From Bdellovibrio sp. (GTDB lineage Bacteria; Bdellovibrionota; Bdellovibrionia; Bdellovibrionales; Bdellovibrionaceae): a DNA stretch of 64,000 nt. Positions within the stretch are counted from its first letter, which is position 1. Every line of letters starts with the position of its first letter. Shown here piece by piece: positions 1 to 9,807 of this stretch. The position numbers were made by a program, and so were the translations under genes. The notes beneath the pieces were generated by a model. It was given only the letters and a program-made list of their open reading frames with translations. It was not told the DNA's origin and did not search any database. The stretch is from contig JAKFBS010000001.1 in NCBI GenBank assembly GCA_036677065.1, positions 576,001 through 640,000 of the forward strand. Direction: 5' to 3'.

Positions 1-867
1 TGCGAACCGTTGCTGGGTTCTTTTTTAGAAAAAGATCTATTTTCGTCAGTTATTCGCGTGGGCGGAGTGCCTACTTTACGTTTGTGGCGTGATCTAGAAA
101 AAAAATACGCGCACGTTCCTGTATTATCGATTTCAGAATTGCCTTTTTCTGGTTTAGCCCGAAAGTCATTACAAACTGGTTTTGAAAATTTAGATGTCTT
201 ATTAAATGCAGCCGAATATCGTAAAATCGATTATACAGATTTAAATCAACAGATTCAGGCTAAAAAAGTTACGGCCCTGACTGAGTTCAGAAATTCAGAA
301 CAAAATTTTATTTTTTCTTTAAGCCAGCTTATTAAATTTCAGCCAGTTTATATCGGTAATTCATTGCCAATCCGCGAATGGGACCAGTTTTCGCAAGGCG
401 CCTTTCCAGACACTTACGGTAACCGCGGCGCCAACGGGATAGACGGCCAGATTTCAACCTACTTAGGCTGGTCAAATCAGTTTAATATCTCTTGGGCCAT
501 CATTGGTGATCTAACGGCGATGTATGACCTTGCAGCTTTGGCAATTAATCGCGATGATAATAAGGCCTCGTGCAAATGTTTAGTGGTGATTAATAATCAA
601 GGTGGGCAGATCTTTAAAAAGGTGTTTGGCCATCAAAAAGAGAGTGCAAAGTTTTTAAATCCTCATGATATTCAATTTCAGGGGTGGGCGCAGATGTTTG
701 GGTGGAATTACCTTCAAATAGCTGATGTCGCAGATCTTAATCAAGTAGAACAACTGATCGCAAAAAAAGAACAGAAAAATTTTGTGATTGAAATACAAAC
801 AGACCAACAGCAATCGAATGCCGTTTGGAAATTTATGGAAGAAACATGCAAAACCGTCAAATATTAG
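1..867 (+). CDS. menD: SEPHCHC synthase, C-terminal part (truncated at window start)
   Basis: GNRGANGIDG motif and TPP-binding IGDL...NNQGG; directly upstream of menH. Confidence 0.9.
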   Translation, partial: CEPLLGSFLEKDLFSSVIRVGGVPTLRLWRDLEKKYAHVPVLSISELPFSGLARKSLQTGFENLDVLLNAAEYRKIDYTDLNQQIQAKKVTALTEFRNSEQNFIFSLSQLIKFQPVYIGNSLPIREWDQFSQGAFPDTYGNRGANGIDGQISTYLGWSNQFNISWAIIGDLTAMYDLAALAINRDDNKASCKCLVVINNQGGQIFKKVFGHQKESAKFLNPHDIQFQGWAQMFGWNYLQIADVADLNQVEQLIAKKEQKNFVIEIQTDQQQSNAVWKFMEETCKTVKY

Positions 868-1568
868 CATTACATGGATTTTTAGGTAGAGGCCGCGACT
901 GGTACAAGGTGCAAACATTAACTCCGCGCCACGAATGGATTACGCCAGAATTATTCGCTCCCAAATCACCAATTGGTGATATTGATTTAGCTTCGTTTAA
1001 TGTTTTAGCTGACCGATTAGTTTCTTTTATACCAGAAAAAACACAACCGATTTTTGTGGGTTATTCACTAGGTGCACGCATCGGTTTATATCTTTTAGAA
1101 CGCCATCCAGATCGCTTTAAAAAATTTATTTTCTTAAGTGCTCACCCAGGATTATCGAGTCCGGCTGAAAAACAAGCGCGCAAACTCAATGATTTAGAAT
1201 GGAAAGACAAATTGGCGAATATGCCATGGGCTGATTTTTGGAATGAGTGGAATTCTCAAGACGTATTTAAACGTGATAATGACCGCGAACTTATGCGTGA
1301 TGCCCGTGATGTTGATGTTAAAAAATTAGAGCTAGGTTTTACAACATTGTCATTAGCTGCCCAGGAAAACAAAGAAGCCGTACTTCAAAAGCACGCTAAC
1401 AAAGTCATCTGGGCTGTAGGCGATCAGGATCAAAAATTCACTAGTTTTGCTGAGGATTTAAAACGAAAAAAAATCCTTTCAGGTTATGAAAGGATTTTTA
1501 ATTCAGGACATCGTGTTCTTTTTGATCAGCCTTCCGCAGTGGCTGACTTAATTGATTCTATTAGTTAG
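846..1568 (+). CDS. menH: SHCHC synthase, alpha/beta hydrolase
   Basis: LHGFLG and GYSLG motifs; overlaps the end of menD; ATG 846 preferred over 825. Confidence 0.8.
   Translation: MQNRQILALHGFLGRGRDWYKVQTLTPRHEWITPELFAPKSPIGDIDLASFNVLADRLVSFIPEKTQPIFVGYSLGARIGLYLLERHPDRFKKFIFLSAHPGLSSPAEKQARKLNDLEWKDKLANMPWADFWNEWNSQDVFKRDNDRELMRDARDVDVKKLELGFTTLSLAAQENKEAVLQKHANKVIWAVGDQDQKFTSFAEDLKRKKILSGYERIFNSGHRVLFDQPSAVADLIDSIS
1469..1499. terminator. Intrinsic terminator hairpin inside the menH CDS, probably serving the minus-strand protease gene
   Basis: aaaaatcctttca-ggtta-tgaaaggattttt, perfect stem with A/T tracts. Confidence 0.6.
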
Positions 1569-2517
1569 CTTTGGCTACAGTGCCTTCATCAGCAACCGGC
1601 GTATTCACTTGCTCGATGGCTAAAGCGATCCAGTCAAGTTGACCAGCTACGCCTGTATAGATAGCGCCTTCGTTACAGTTACCCAGTAAGTTAGTACCAC
1701 GGCTAGTAACACCAACTTGGATGTAAGAGCCGTCTTCTAATTTTAATAAAGCAGGCCCGCCTGAATCTCCGTGGCAAGCCCCCCTTAAATTTTGTTGATC
1801 AAATGAAATTTCTTTTTGGTCAGCTGTTACACCAGTGACAGCGATATTAGAAACTCTTCTTAATGTGCCAGATCCACGACCTGGAAGTTCGATCGTTGCT
1901 GGTTGGCCATTTTTACCGATAACTACTTTACCGTTTTTATCTTTAAGAACTTTGCGGATAACAGCGTTTGTGATGCCGTAGCCCGCTAAAGTTAATTTAG
2001 AACCTTTAACTAATTGTTTAATCGTTTCATCAGTAGGTAGCACAGCTAATTTGAAATCAGCAGGCGCTTCTTTTTCTAATTTAACAATCGCGATATCATT
2101 CCAAACTTTTGATTTATCATCAGTTGGAGCGAAATCTGGGTGAACCGCGCCGTTCGTAGCGTAGATCACTTGCTCTTCAGTCACTTTACGATCGTCTAAC
2201 GAAAATAATACAGCGATACCTCGTAAGCCTTCGTCAGCAATACAATGAGCGGCTGTTAACACGATATCACGGGCAATAAGGCTGCCTGTGCATGTCGACG
2301 TGCCCATGTCGCTGATGATTTTTAATTGAACGATACCATTAGCTTTTTGAAAATTAGAGTCAGCTAAAAGACCGCCAAGGATATTTGAATTTTGGATTTC
2401 ATTTGAGTTTAGATATGAAGGAGCAGCGCTTTGGCTTTGCGGTGCACATGATGTGAATAACGCGGTCGCCGTGATCGCTAGAACTGCAGCAGTCTTTTTC
2501 ATCATTTCTTTTTTCAT
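1561..2517 (-). CDS. Secreted trypsin-like (S1) serine protease, lipoprotein
   Basis: LTAAHC, NDIA and GDSGGP triad motifs; lipobox FTSC; SD AAGGAGG before ATG 2517. Confidence 0.93.
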   Translation of the reverse strand: MKKEMMKKTAAVLAITATALFTSCAPQSQSAAPSYLNSNEIQNSNILGGLLADSNFQKANGIVQLKIISDMGTSTCTGSLIARDIVLTAAHCIADEGLRGIAVLFSLDDRKVTEEQVIYATNGAVHPDFAPTDDKSKVWNDIAIVKLEKEAPADFKLAVLPTDETIKQLVKGSKLTLAGYGITNAVIRKVLKDKNGKVVIGKNGQPATIELPGRGSGTLRRVSNIAVTGVTADQKEISFDQQNLRGACHGDSGGPALLKLEDGSYIQVGVTSRGTNLLGNCNEGAIYTGVAGQLDWIALAIEQVNTPVADEGTVAKAN

Positions 2518-2595
2518 ATCTTCCTCCTTGGAACGATTTACGAATTTAAGATCCTCCTGGATGCCCCTCATCCTAGAGGACCCAAATTCGTAGGT

Positions 2596-2635
2596 GCAAT
2601 AAAACCCATTCTGGAACCAGAGTCACAACATTAAA
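2596..2635 (-). promoter_or_regulatory. Conserved 40-bp upstream element, copy 1
   Basis: 39/40 identical to 3741-3780; each copy lies upstream of a protease paralog. Confidence 0.7.
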
Positions 2636-2690
2636 GATTATGCTGTCTATAAGCTTTGTTTATGGTTTGGTGATGCCCCAAAATTTGAGC

Positions 2691-2728
2691 AAAAAAAATC
2701 CCTTCAAGGCTTATGAAGGGATTTTTTT
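2691..2728. terminator. Intrinsic terminator between the protease paralogs
   Basis: aaaaaaatcccttca-aggctta-tgaagggattttttt. Confidence 0.8.
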
Positions 2729-2756
2729 ATTTCGTGAAATCTGTGTGTTTAGATTT

Positions 2757-3713
2757 TTACTTCTTATTAATTTGCGCGACAGCTTTATTGATAAAGTCTT
2801 GATGGCCAAGTACGCCAGTGTAGATAACGCCTTCGTTGCAATTACCTAATTTGTTAGTGCCACGGCTAGTAACTCCAACTTGGATATCAGTGCCGTCTTG
2901 TAATTTAAGTAAAGCAGGCCCGCCTGAATCTCCGTGGCAAGCCCCCTTTAAATTTCTTTGATCTAATGAGATTTCTTTTTGATCAGATGTAAGGTGAGTT
3001 ACAACCATATCAGAAACTAGTCTTAAGGTGCCAGAGCCTTCGCTCGGGAATTCAACCACTTGAGGTTGTCCGTTTTTATCAAGTACAGGTTTGCCGTTTT
3101 TATCTTTTTTGTAGTCGCGAACAATGGCATTAGTGATGCCGTAGCCAGCAAAAGTTAATTTTGAACCCACTAACAGCTGCTCAATAGTTTTAGCTGTTGG
3201 TAAAACAGCTAGTTTAAAATCAGCAGGAGCAGCAGCTGATAATTTAACGATCGCGATGTCATTCTGAATAGCTGTATCGTCGTCAACTTGAGGATTTTGA
3301 ACGTAAGCTGGGTTGATAATCCAGTCTTTAGCTGCAATTGCAGTGGCTTTTACATTTGTTAAGTTAAAAAGCACATCTACTTTATCAGCTGATGTCTTAC
3401 TAGACACACAGTGAGCCGCAGTTAAAACGATATCACGAGTGATAAGGCTGCCTGTGCAAATTGATTCTGAAAGAGTAATTGTCTTACCTAAAAATTTAAG
3501 AACTTTTTTTACTCTTAACTGAACGATACCGTGAGATTTTTGGTAATTAGAATCAGCTAATTGGCCACCCACTATATTTGAATTTTCAACTTCGTTACCA
3601 GAGTTTAGATATGATTGCGATGCGCTTTGAGATTGTGGCGCACATGATGCGAATAGTGCAGAAGCTGTTAAAGCTAATACTGCGGCAGTTTGTTTCATCA
3701 TTTCTTTTTTCAT
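2757..3713 (-). CDS. Secreted trypsin-like (S1) serine protease, tandem paralog
   Basis: IVGG, LTAAHC and GDSGGP; lipobox FASC; closely similar to 1561-2517. Confidence 0.93.
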   Translation of the reverse strand: MKKEMMKQTAAVLALTASALFASCAPQSQSASQSYLNSGNEVENSNIVGGQLADSNYQKSHGIVQLRVKKVLKFLGKTITLSESICTGSLITRDIVLTAAHCVSSKTSADKVDVLFNLTNVKATAIAAKDWIINPAYVQNPQVDDDTAIQNDIAIVKLSAAAPADFKLAVLPTAKTIEQLLVGSKLTFAGYGITNAIVRDYKKDKNGKPVLDKNGQPQVVEFPSEGSGTLRLVSDMVVTHLTSDQKEISLDQRNLKGACHGDSGGPALLKLQDGTDIQVGVTSRGTNKLGNCNEGVIYTGVLGHQDFINKAVAQINKK

Positions 3714-3740
3714 ATCTTTCCCCTTTGTGGAACTAAGTGC

Positions 3741-3780
3741 GCAATAAAACCCATTGTGGAACCAGAGTCACAACATTAAA
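3741..3780 (-). promoter_or_regulatory. Conserved 40-bp upstream element, copy 2
   Basis: Near-identical to 2596-2635. Confidence 0.7.
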
Positions 3781-3804
3781 AGCTATGGGGGCTATAAGAA
3801 ATGC

Positions 3805-4740
3805 TTATACTCTGTCTGTAGCGGCTACCAGGGCGGCTTTGATGCCTGGTTCGCCGGCAGCGTGGCCTGCATCTTGGATAATTTCTAGGCGAGCTTCGGG
3901 CCAAGCCATATGGAGGTCCCAAGCGCTTCTTGCCGGGCAAACCACATCGTAGCGGCCTTGCACGATATCGCAGGGAATATACTTAATTTTTGCAATATTT
4001 TCCAAAATCCAGTTGTTGGTTTTGAAGAATGAATTATTGATAAAGTAATGGCACTCAATACGGGCGAATTGCAGAGCATAAGTAGGATCATCAAAATCAT
4101 CGATGGCTTTTACATCCACGAATAATTTTGAAGTGGCAGCTTCCCATTTGCTCCATACCTTGGCTGCAGCTAAGCGCACATCTGCGTTTTCGTGAGTTAA
4201 ACGTTTGTAATACGCTTTGACGAAATCACCGCGTTCATCAGCCGGGATGTGGTTATAATAACTTTCCCACACATCTGGGTAAATTTCTGAAGCGCCATGC
4301 TGGTAGAACCAGTGAATTTCAGAAGGACGACATAAGAAAATTCCGCGTAAAATTAAATGCTGAACTTTTTCTGGATGAGTGATCGCATAAGTTAGCGCTA
4401 AGGTTGAACCCCAGCTGCCACCGAACACCACCCATTTTTGGATGCCTAAGTGTTCACGAATTTTTTCAATGTCAGCAACTAGATCCCAAGTTGTGTTTTC
4501 TTTTAATTCAGCTGCGGGAGTCGATTTGCCAGCACCCCGTTGATCAAATAAAACGATACGAAATTTTTTCGGGTCAAAAAATCTGCGGTGGTCTTCATGA
4601 ATACCGCCGCCGGGCCCGCCGTGTAAAAAGATAACCGGAATGCCTTCTGGGTTTCCGGCTTGTTCGACATACAACGTGTGGATGTCAGACACTTTGAACA
4701 TTTCAGTCTTAAAGGCTTGGATTTCTGGGTAAAAACTCAT
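3805..4740 (-). CDS. pip: Proline iminopeptidase
   Basis: HGGPG, DQRGAG, GGSWGS and AGH motifs; start at MSFYP after GGAG. Confidence 0.95.
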   Translation of the reverse strand: MSFYPEIQAFKTEMFKVSDIHTLYVEQAGNPEGIPVIFLHGGPGGGIHEDHRRFFDPKKFRIVLFDQRGAGKSTPAAELKENTTWDLVADIEKIREHLGIQKWVVFGGSWGSTLALTYAITHPEKVQHLILRGIFLCRPSEIHWFYQHGASEIYPDVWESYYNHIPADERGDFVKAYYKRLTHENADVRLAAAKVWSKWEAATSKLFVDVKAIDDFDDPTYALQFARIECHYFINNSFFKTNNWILENIAKIKYIPCDIVQGRYDVVCPARSAWDLHMAWPEARLEIIQDAGHAAGEPGIKAALVAATDRV

Positions 4741-4756
4741 AAAGGTATCTCCGTAA

Positions 4757-5251
4757 TTATTTAAAATTTTCAATGAAAACGGCCGAGACGATAATCACAA
4801 TCAATGCGATTAAAATATACTGGGTCATTTGGTTTTTGTTTGAGTTAGAAAACTTATCAAGCTGAGTTTTCGTGTAATAATCAACTAACGGCAGTCGGTG
4901 GGTCGCACACAACGTGAGATCAGTTGTCGTGTAATCGCATTTCGGGCAGTAAAGTTCGTTGTCTGGCAAGAAATGACCGTCTTCTTTTAAGGGGATGCCT
5001 AATTCGTGCAAATAACTTTTGATCAGTAATAGGGATTCTGAGTCCACTTCGATAAATAAAAATTCTCCCAGAGGTGTAACTGGGGTTTGGTGGCGTTCAA
5101 GATAAGTTTTATTGGCCACTTCGTCTTGATACTTTTTGACGAGATCCTGATCGATATCAATTTTATAATTGTGGCCTAAGGGATCAATTTTTGATTTGAT
5201 CTGATTAATTTGTGGTTCTGAAAAAGGCCCAAGGCGAATGGTTTTTGCCAT
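4757..5251 (-). CDS. Hypothetical membrane protein with a CxxC...CxxH Zn-ribbon-like motif
   Basis: YCPKC...CATH and a C-terminal TM helix; lies in the add-pip run. Confidence 0.7.
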   Translation of the reverse strand: MAKTIRLGPFSEPQINQIKSKIDPLGHNYKIDIDQDLVKKYQDEVANKTYLERHQTPVTPLGEFLFIEVDSESLLLIKSYLHELGIPLKEDGHFLPDNELYCPKCDYTTTDLTLCATHRLPLVDYYTKTQLDKFSNSNKNQMTQYILIALIVIIVSAVFIENFK

Positions 5252-5253
5252 TG

Positions 5254-6273
5254 TTAACCTTTAAACGCAGCCGTTTTTTTTGCTATTGGAATAAAACTTT
5301 TATTGAAGGCAATTTCATTACAGCGGGCGAATTCTTTTAAACCAAAACCTTGATATTCTTGGGCGATCACATATTCATCCGTTAAAACTGAAGCAAACAT
5401 TCCGGGATCATCAGAATTTAGTGTTAATGGAACTCCCGCATCGTAAAGTTTTTTTAGCGGATGATCTTTATAGCTGGCAAAAGCTTGAGTTAAATAATTG
5501 CTATGCGGGCAAACCTCTAAAGGAATATCTTTTTCGATAAGCATTTTCATCACATCAGGATAATGAATAGCTTGAACACCGTGACCGATACGTTCAGCAC
5601 CTAAAATTTCGATAGAATCTTTGATCCAGTTGCCTGCATCAGGAGATGGTGATTCGCCCGAGTGAACGGTAATGTGAAGCCCTGCTTTTTTCGCGCGTTC
5701 AAAGTCTTTGGCAAATTTTCTTGGTTCTGAACCTGCTTCGTCATCTGCTAAATCTAAAGCGATGAAAGTGTCTTTATTTTCAATCGCAAAATCTGTGACT
5801 GAAGCTACTTTTTCTAAAGGTAAAATTCGCTGTAAAATACAAATTAAGCCAGTGGCGATTTGCATTTGTTTTTCTGCGCGGGTTAAGCCACGCACAAACG
5901 CTTGGTGAATTTTTTCATACGATAATGAACTGTGGCCATCAGCAATGAACGTCGGGGCATAGCGCATTTCGCAAATTCTTACGCCATCGTTAAACGCATC
6001 TTCACAGGCTTCAAAAGCTAAACGTTCTAAGATTTCTTCTGAAGCTAAAACTTTTTGCGCGATTAAAAATTTCGACAAAACAGCGTTTAAATCCTTCATC
6101 GGCTCAGTCACCAGAAAGTGAGAACGTTGCTGCGCTGAGTTTTTTGGAATTTCGATCTTTAAAGTTGTCGCAATTTCAAGCAAAGTGCTCCATCTCATTG
6201 AGCAATCCATATGGCGATGCAAGTCAATTTTCGGAAGTGAGCGGAGTTCTTGAATAGATAGTTTTGATGACAT
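5254..6273 (-). CDS. add: Adenosine deaminase
   Basis: PKIDLHRH, HSGE, RIGHG and NSDDP. Confidence 0.92.
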   Translation of the reverse strand: MSSKLSIQELRSLPKIDLHRHMDCSMRWSTLLEIATTLKIEIPKNSAQQRSHFLVTEPMKDLNAVLSKFLIAQKVLASEEILERLAFEACEDAFNDGVRICEMRYAPTFIADGHSSLSYEKIHQAFVRGLTRAEKQMQIATGLICILQRILPLEKVASVTDFAIENKDTFIALDLADDEAGSEPRKFAKDFERAKKAGLHITVHSGESPSPDAGNWIKDSIEILGAERIGHGVQAIHYPDVMKMLIEKDIPLEVCPHSNYLTQAFASYKDHPLKKLYDAGVPLTLNSDDPGMFASVLTDEYVIAQEYQGFGLKEFARCNEIAFNKSFIPIAKKTAAFKG

Positions 6274-6284
6274 AAAAAAGATGT

Positions 6285-8315
6285 ATGACACAAATTAAGC
6301 CTCTACAAGTCAAAACTCACTTAGCCAAACATTCTCAATCAAAACCGCAATTCTCTGTCGACGCAAAACTTGCTGACGGAAAAACAGTGGCTCTTGCTGA
6401 TCCAAATGCGACCCGCGCTCTTGTTGCCTTAATGGACATGAATGCCGTGCTTGGCGGAGCAGCTTCACATTACGGCGGCCCTGCAGCTTTAGCTGAACTT
6501 TGGAGTGCGCTACACGGTTATGTTTTCGCTGAAGCGGATAAAAATAAACGTGACTGGTTTGATCTGTTTCACGTGATCAATGATGCCGGCCACTGTGAAA
6601 ATGGGTTGTATGCTTTAAAAGCCAACTACAAAATGGCGGGTCTTGATTTAAATTCACTAAAAAAATTCCGTTCTATTGAATCTAATTTAACTGGCCACGG
6701 TGAAGCGCATTTATTTCCTGAAGGCGTGTACATGAGTAACGGTCCGTTAGGTTCAGCTTTTCCACAATCACAAGGATTAGCTTTAGCTGAAAAATTAGCT
6801 GGCACAAACCGCACGACGATTTGCACACTTTCGGATGGTGCAGCGATGGAAGGCGAAGCTAAAGAAGCCATGGCTGCCGTTGCAGGATTAGCGGCTAAAG
6901 GCAAAGCCGCTCCATTTGTATTAATTATTAGTGATAATAATACAAAATTATCTGGCCGTATTGATGCGGATGCGTTTTCAATGAACCCAACGTTTCAATC
7001 TTTAGAGGCTTTAGGTTGGAAATTAATTAAATTAGAAAAAGGTAATGATTTACAAGCTTGTTTAACAACCATTGAAGATGCTGTGGCTCTTGCGCAAAAA
7101 AATCCAAATCAGCCGGTGGCTATCTGGGCAAAAACTGTAAAAGGGATTGGAACTAAAAAAACTGCAGAATCTGCAAGTGGTGGTCATGGCTTTCCATGTA
7201 AATCGCCTTCTGAATTGCCAGCTTTCTTAGAAGAAATTTATGCCGGCGTTGCATACCCTGAAGTTTTTAAAACTTGGATGGCTGAATTAAACGAAACTGA
7301 AAAACAAATTAAAGCTAATGCTGTACCTGACACGGGTGAAAAAATCCAAAAAGGGATCGCTAAAGCGATGATCAATTGTTTTAAAAAAGGTTTACCGGTT
7401 ATCTCGGTAACTTCAGATTTGCCAGGATCAACTGGTGTTGCTGATTTCAGAAAAGAATTTCCGGCAGCTTCTGTAGATGTGGGTGTTGCTGAAAGTAACA
7501 TGGTTTCTACCGCTGCGGGTTTATCAAAACTTGGTTACATTCCGGTTGTTGATACTTTTGCACAATTTGGTGTAACTAAAGGTGCCTTGCCAATCACGAT
7601 GGCGATGTTATCTGAAGCACCACTAATCGGTGTGTTTTCGCACACTGGTTTTCAAGATGCGGCAGACGGAGCGTCTCACCAGGCTTTAAGTTATATGTCG
7701 ATGTTAGCGACGATTCCAGGAGTTGATTTATACAACTTATCAACAAGTGAAGAAGCAGATGCGATCATGACAGAAGTGATCGAGACTTTTGCTAAAACTG
7801 TTGAAGCTGGTAAAACTCCGCACACGAGCATTTTCTTTTTAGGCCGTGAAAATTTTCCGAAATCTTATTCGATAGAAACAAATAAATTAACTTACAAGGC
7901 TGCAGAACCACAAATCGTGCGTCAACATATGATTGGCGCTAAAAATACGATGATCATTACTTCTGGATCTTTAGTAGGCGAGGCTATTAAGGCTTCACAA
8001 GAGCTAGAGAAAAAAGGCGTTGGATCTATTGTTGTAAATTTAAATTCATTAAATCGTTTAAATGTTTCAACGTTAAAACCACTTGTGAAAAAATGTGAAG
8101 GCCGCATTGTTACTGTTGAAGATCACCAAGTGCTTTTAGGTTTAGGATCGTTCGTAAGCCATCAGTTGGTGCAATCAGGTGAATTTATCACGATGAAATC
8201 ACTAGGTGTTCACGGTGAATTCGGACAATCTGCTTACAACGCGATTGATCTGTATCGTAAACACGGTATGGACAGCTCTGCGATCGCAAAGGCGGCCACT
8301 GAATTATTAGGTTAA
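6285..8315 (+). CDS. tkt: Transketolase (TPP-dependent)
   Basis: SHYGG, GHGE, GPLG, SDGAAMEG...N, GVAESNM, DGASHQ and EDHQ. Confidence 0.85.
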   Translation: MTQIKPLQVKTHLAKHSQSKPQFSVDAKLADGKTVALADPNATRALVALMDMNAVLGGAASHYGGPAALAELWSALHGYVFAEADKNKRDWFDLFHVINDAGHCENGLYALKANYKMAGLDLNSLKKFRSIESNLTGHGEAHLFPEGVYMSNGPLGSAFPQSQGLALAEKLAGTNRTTICTLSDGAAMEGEAKEAMAAVAGLAAKGKAAPFVLIISDNNTKLSGRIDADAFSMNPTFQSLEALGWKLIKLEKGNDLQACLTTIEDAVALAQKNPNQPVAIWAKTVKGIGTKKTAESASGGHGFPCKSPSELPAFLEEIYAGVAYPEVFKTWMAELNETEKQIKANAVPDTGEKIQKGIAKAMINCFKKGLPVISVTSDLPGSTGVADFRKEFPAASVDVGVAESNMVSTAAGLSKLGYIPVVDTFAQFGVTKGALPITMAMLSEAPLIGVFSHTGFQDAADGASHQALSYMSMLATIPGVDLYNLSTSEEADAIMTEVIETFAKTVEAGKTPHTSIFFLGRENFPKSYSIETNKLTYKAAEPQIVRQHMIGAKNTMIITSGSLVGEAIKASQELEKKGVGSIVVNLNSLNRLNVSTLKPLVKKCEGRIVTVEDHQVLLGLGSFVSHQLVQSGEFITMKSLGVHGEFGQSAYNAIDLYRKHGMDSSAIAKAATELLG

Positions 8316-8372
8316 TAACGGGGCAGCTTGCCCTGTGGTTTAGATTCAAATTAAATACATGCGAGATCATTA

Positions 8373-8388
8373 TGGTGCAGTGCTTGCA
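8373..8388 (+). promoter_or_regulatory. Sigma-54 (-24/-12) promoter candidate
   Basis: TGGTGCAGTGCTTGCA matches TGGYRYR-N4-TTGCA (GG-N10-GC), about 40 bp before ATG 8428. Confidence 0.6.
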
Positions 8389-8427
8389 CCAGAGTTTACT
8401 TCGAAAAATTAACATTCGGAGGTTCGC

Positions 8428-9807
8428 ATGAATTCTTTAAAAAAAATCACATTAACAATCGCACTTTTATTTCTGGCAGGATGTGCAACAAGTTTAAAAC
8501 CTGTTGAATTTGCTGCAGACGCTGATCCAAATAATGAGATCAATCGCTTAGAGCAAGATATCCGTTCTGCTCGCAGCGAGCAAACTGATATGGCCTCGCC
8601 GAAATCGTTTAAGATGGCTGAAAAATATTTAGCCGACGCTCAGAAAAGCCGTGCGAAAAATAATTCGTCTCACGATATCTTAAAAGAAGTTAGCTATGGA
8701 AGAGCTGCATTAAATCAGGCGCAAACGGCCCAAGACTTAACCGAAAATGAGTTCTCTGATATATCGCAGGCTCGTGATGCGGCCATTGCGGCAGGAGCTG
8801 CAGACTTTCAAGAGCGTGACCTTAAAAAAGCCGATGCTGATTTTAAAGATATAACTGAAGATTTTGAAAGTGAAGCGATCAAACAATCTGCGCAAGGTAA
8901 AACGCCAATGTCGTTTTCACAAGTTTCGTTAAGTAAACGTGATGCTTTAAAAAGAAATTACGCAAAATTAGAATTAGAATCGCTGACGAGTAAACATTTA
9001 GGTCGTGCGCAAGGTATGATTGAAATGGCTGAAAAAAATCAGGCTTCCAGTTATGCACCTAAGACTTTGAATTCAGCGCGAACTAAATACAGAGATGCAC
9101 AAATGGTGATTTCAAATAACCGCCAGGATATTGCGGCGATTGAAGTGGCTGCGCACGAAGCTAACATGGAAGCTGAAAAATTATTACGCGTAACCAATAC
9201 GGCAAGGTCTGCAAAAGGTTTAAGTACTGAAGATCTTGCTCTGGATATCGAAGAAAAAAAAGATGCTTTATCTGAAGCCGAGATGACAGCCGAAGAACGC
9301 GCGCAGATGATCAAAGATCGTAATGCGCAATTAGCCGGAGCATTGAATGAAAATCAAGAATACCGCCGTAAAGCTGAATTTGATGAAACGCTAGCTAAAG
9401 CGCAAAAAACGTTTTCTAAAGATGAAGCTGATGTTTACCGTGAAGGTGATAAAATTTTAATTCGTTTGAAATCAGCAAACTTTATCTCGGGCAGAGCAGA
9501 TGTCAGTCAAAAGGCTTATCCTGTTTTAGGTAAGGTAAAAGATCTTTTAAGTGAAGTTGGCGCAGAAGATGTCGTGATTGAAGGCCACACTGATGTGACT
9601 GGTTCAAAAGATGTGAATATGAAGTTGTCAAAAGAGCGTGCTGACGCTGTAGCTGCGTATTTAACTAACAATACGGATATTAAACCAGAACAAATTACGA
9701 CTGAAGGTTTAGGCTTTGATAAACCATTAGCTCCCAATAATACCAAACAAGGCCGCGCGCAAAATCGTCGCGTCGATATTATCGTAACGCCATCGGTGGT
9801 TCGTTAA
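8428..9807 (+). CDS. OmpA-family peptidoglycan-binding lipoprotein
   Basis: Lipobox LAGC; helical middle region; C-terminal IEGHTD...N..LS..RA...NRRVDI. Confidence 0.9.
   Translation: MNSLKKITLTIALLFLAGCATSLKPVEFAADADPNNEINRLEQDIRSARSEQTDMASPKSFKMAEKYLADAQKSRAKNNSSHDILKEVSYGRAALNQAQTAQDLTENEFSDISQARDAAIAAGAADFQERDLKKADADFKDITEDFESEAIKQSAQGKTPMSFSQVSLSKRDALKRNYAKLELESLTSKHLGRAQGMIEMAEKNQASSYAPKTLNSARTKYRDAQMVISNNRQDIAAIEVAAHEANMEAEKLLRVTNTARSAKGLSTEDLALDIEEKKDALSEAEMTAEERAQMIKDRNAQLAGALNENQEYRRKAEFDETLAKAQKTFSKDEADVYREGDKILIRLKSANFISGRADVSQKAYPVLGKVKDLLSEVGAEDVVIEGHTDVTGSKDVNMKLSKERADAVAAYLTNNTDIKPEQITTEGLGFDKPLAPNNTKQGRAQNRRVDIIVTPSVVR

Noticed and set aside
2596..2635. Sigma-54 promoter in the duplicated element
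   Set aside because: GG-to-GC spacing does not equal 10 nt
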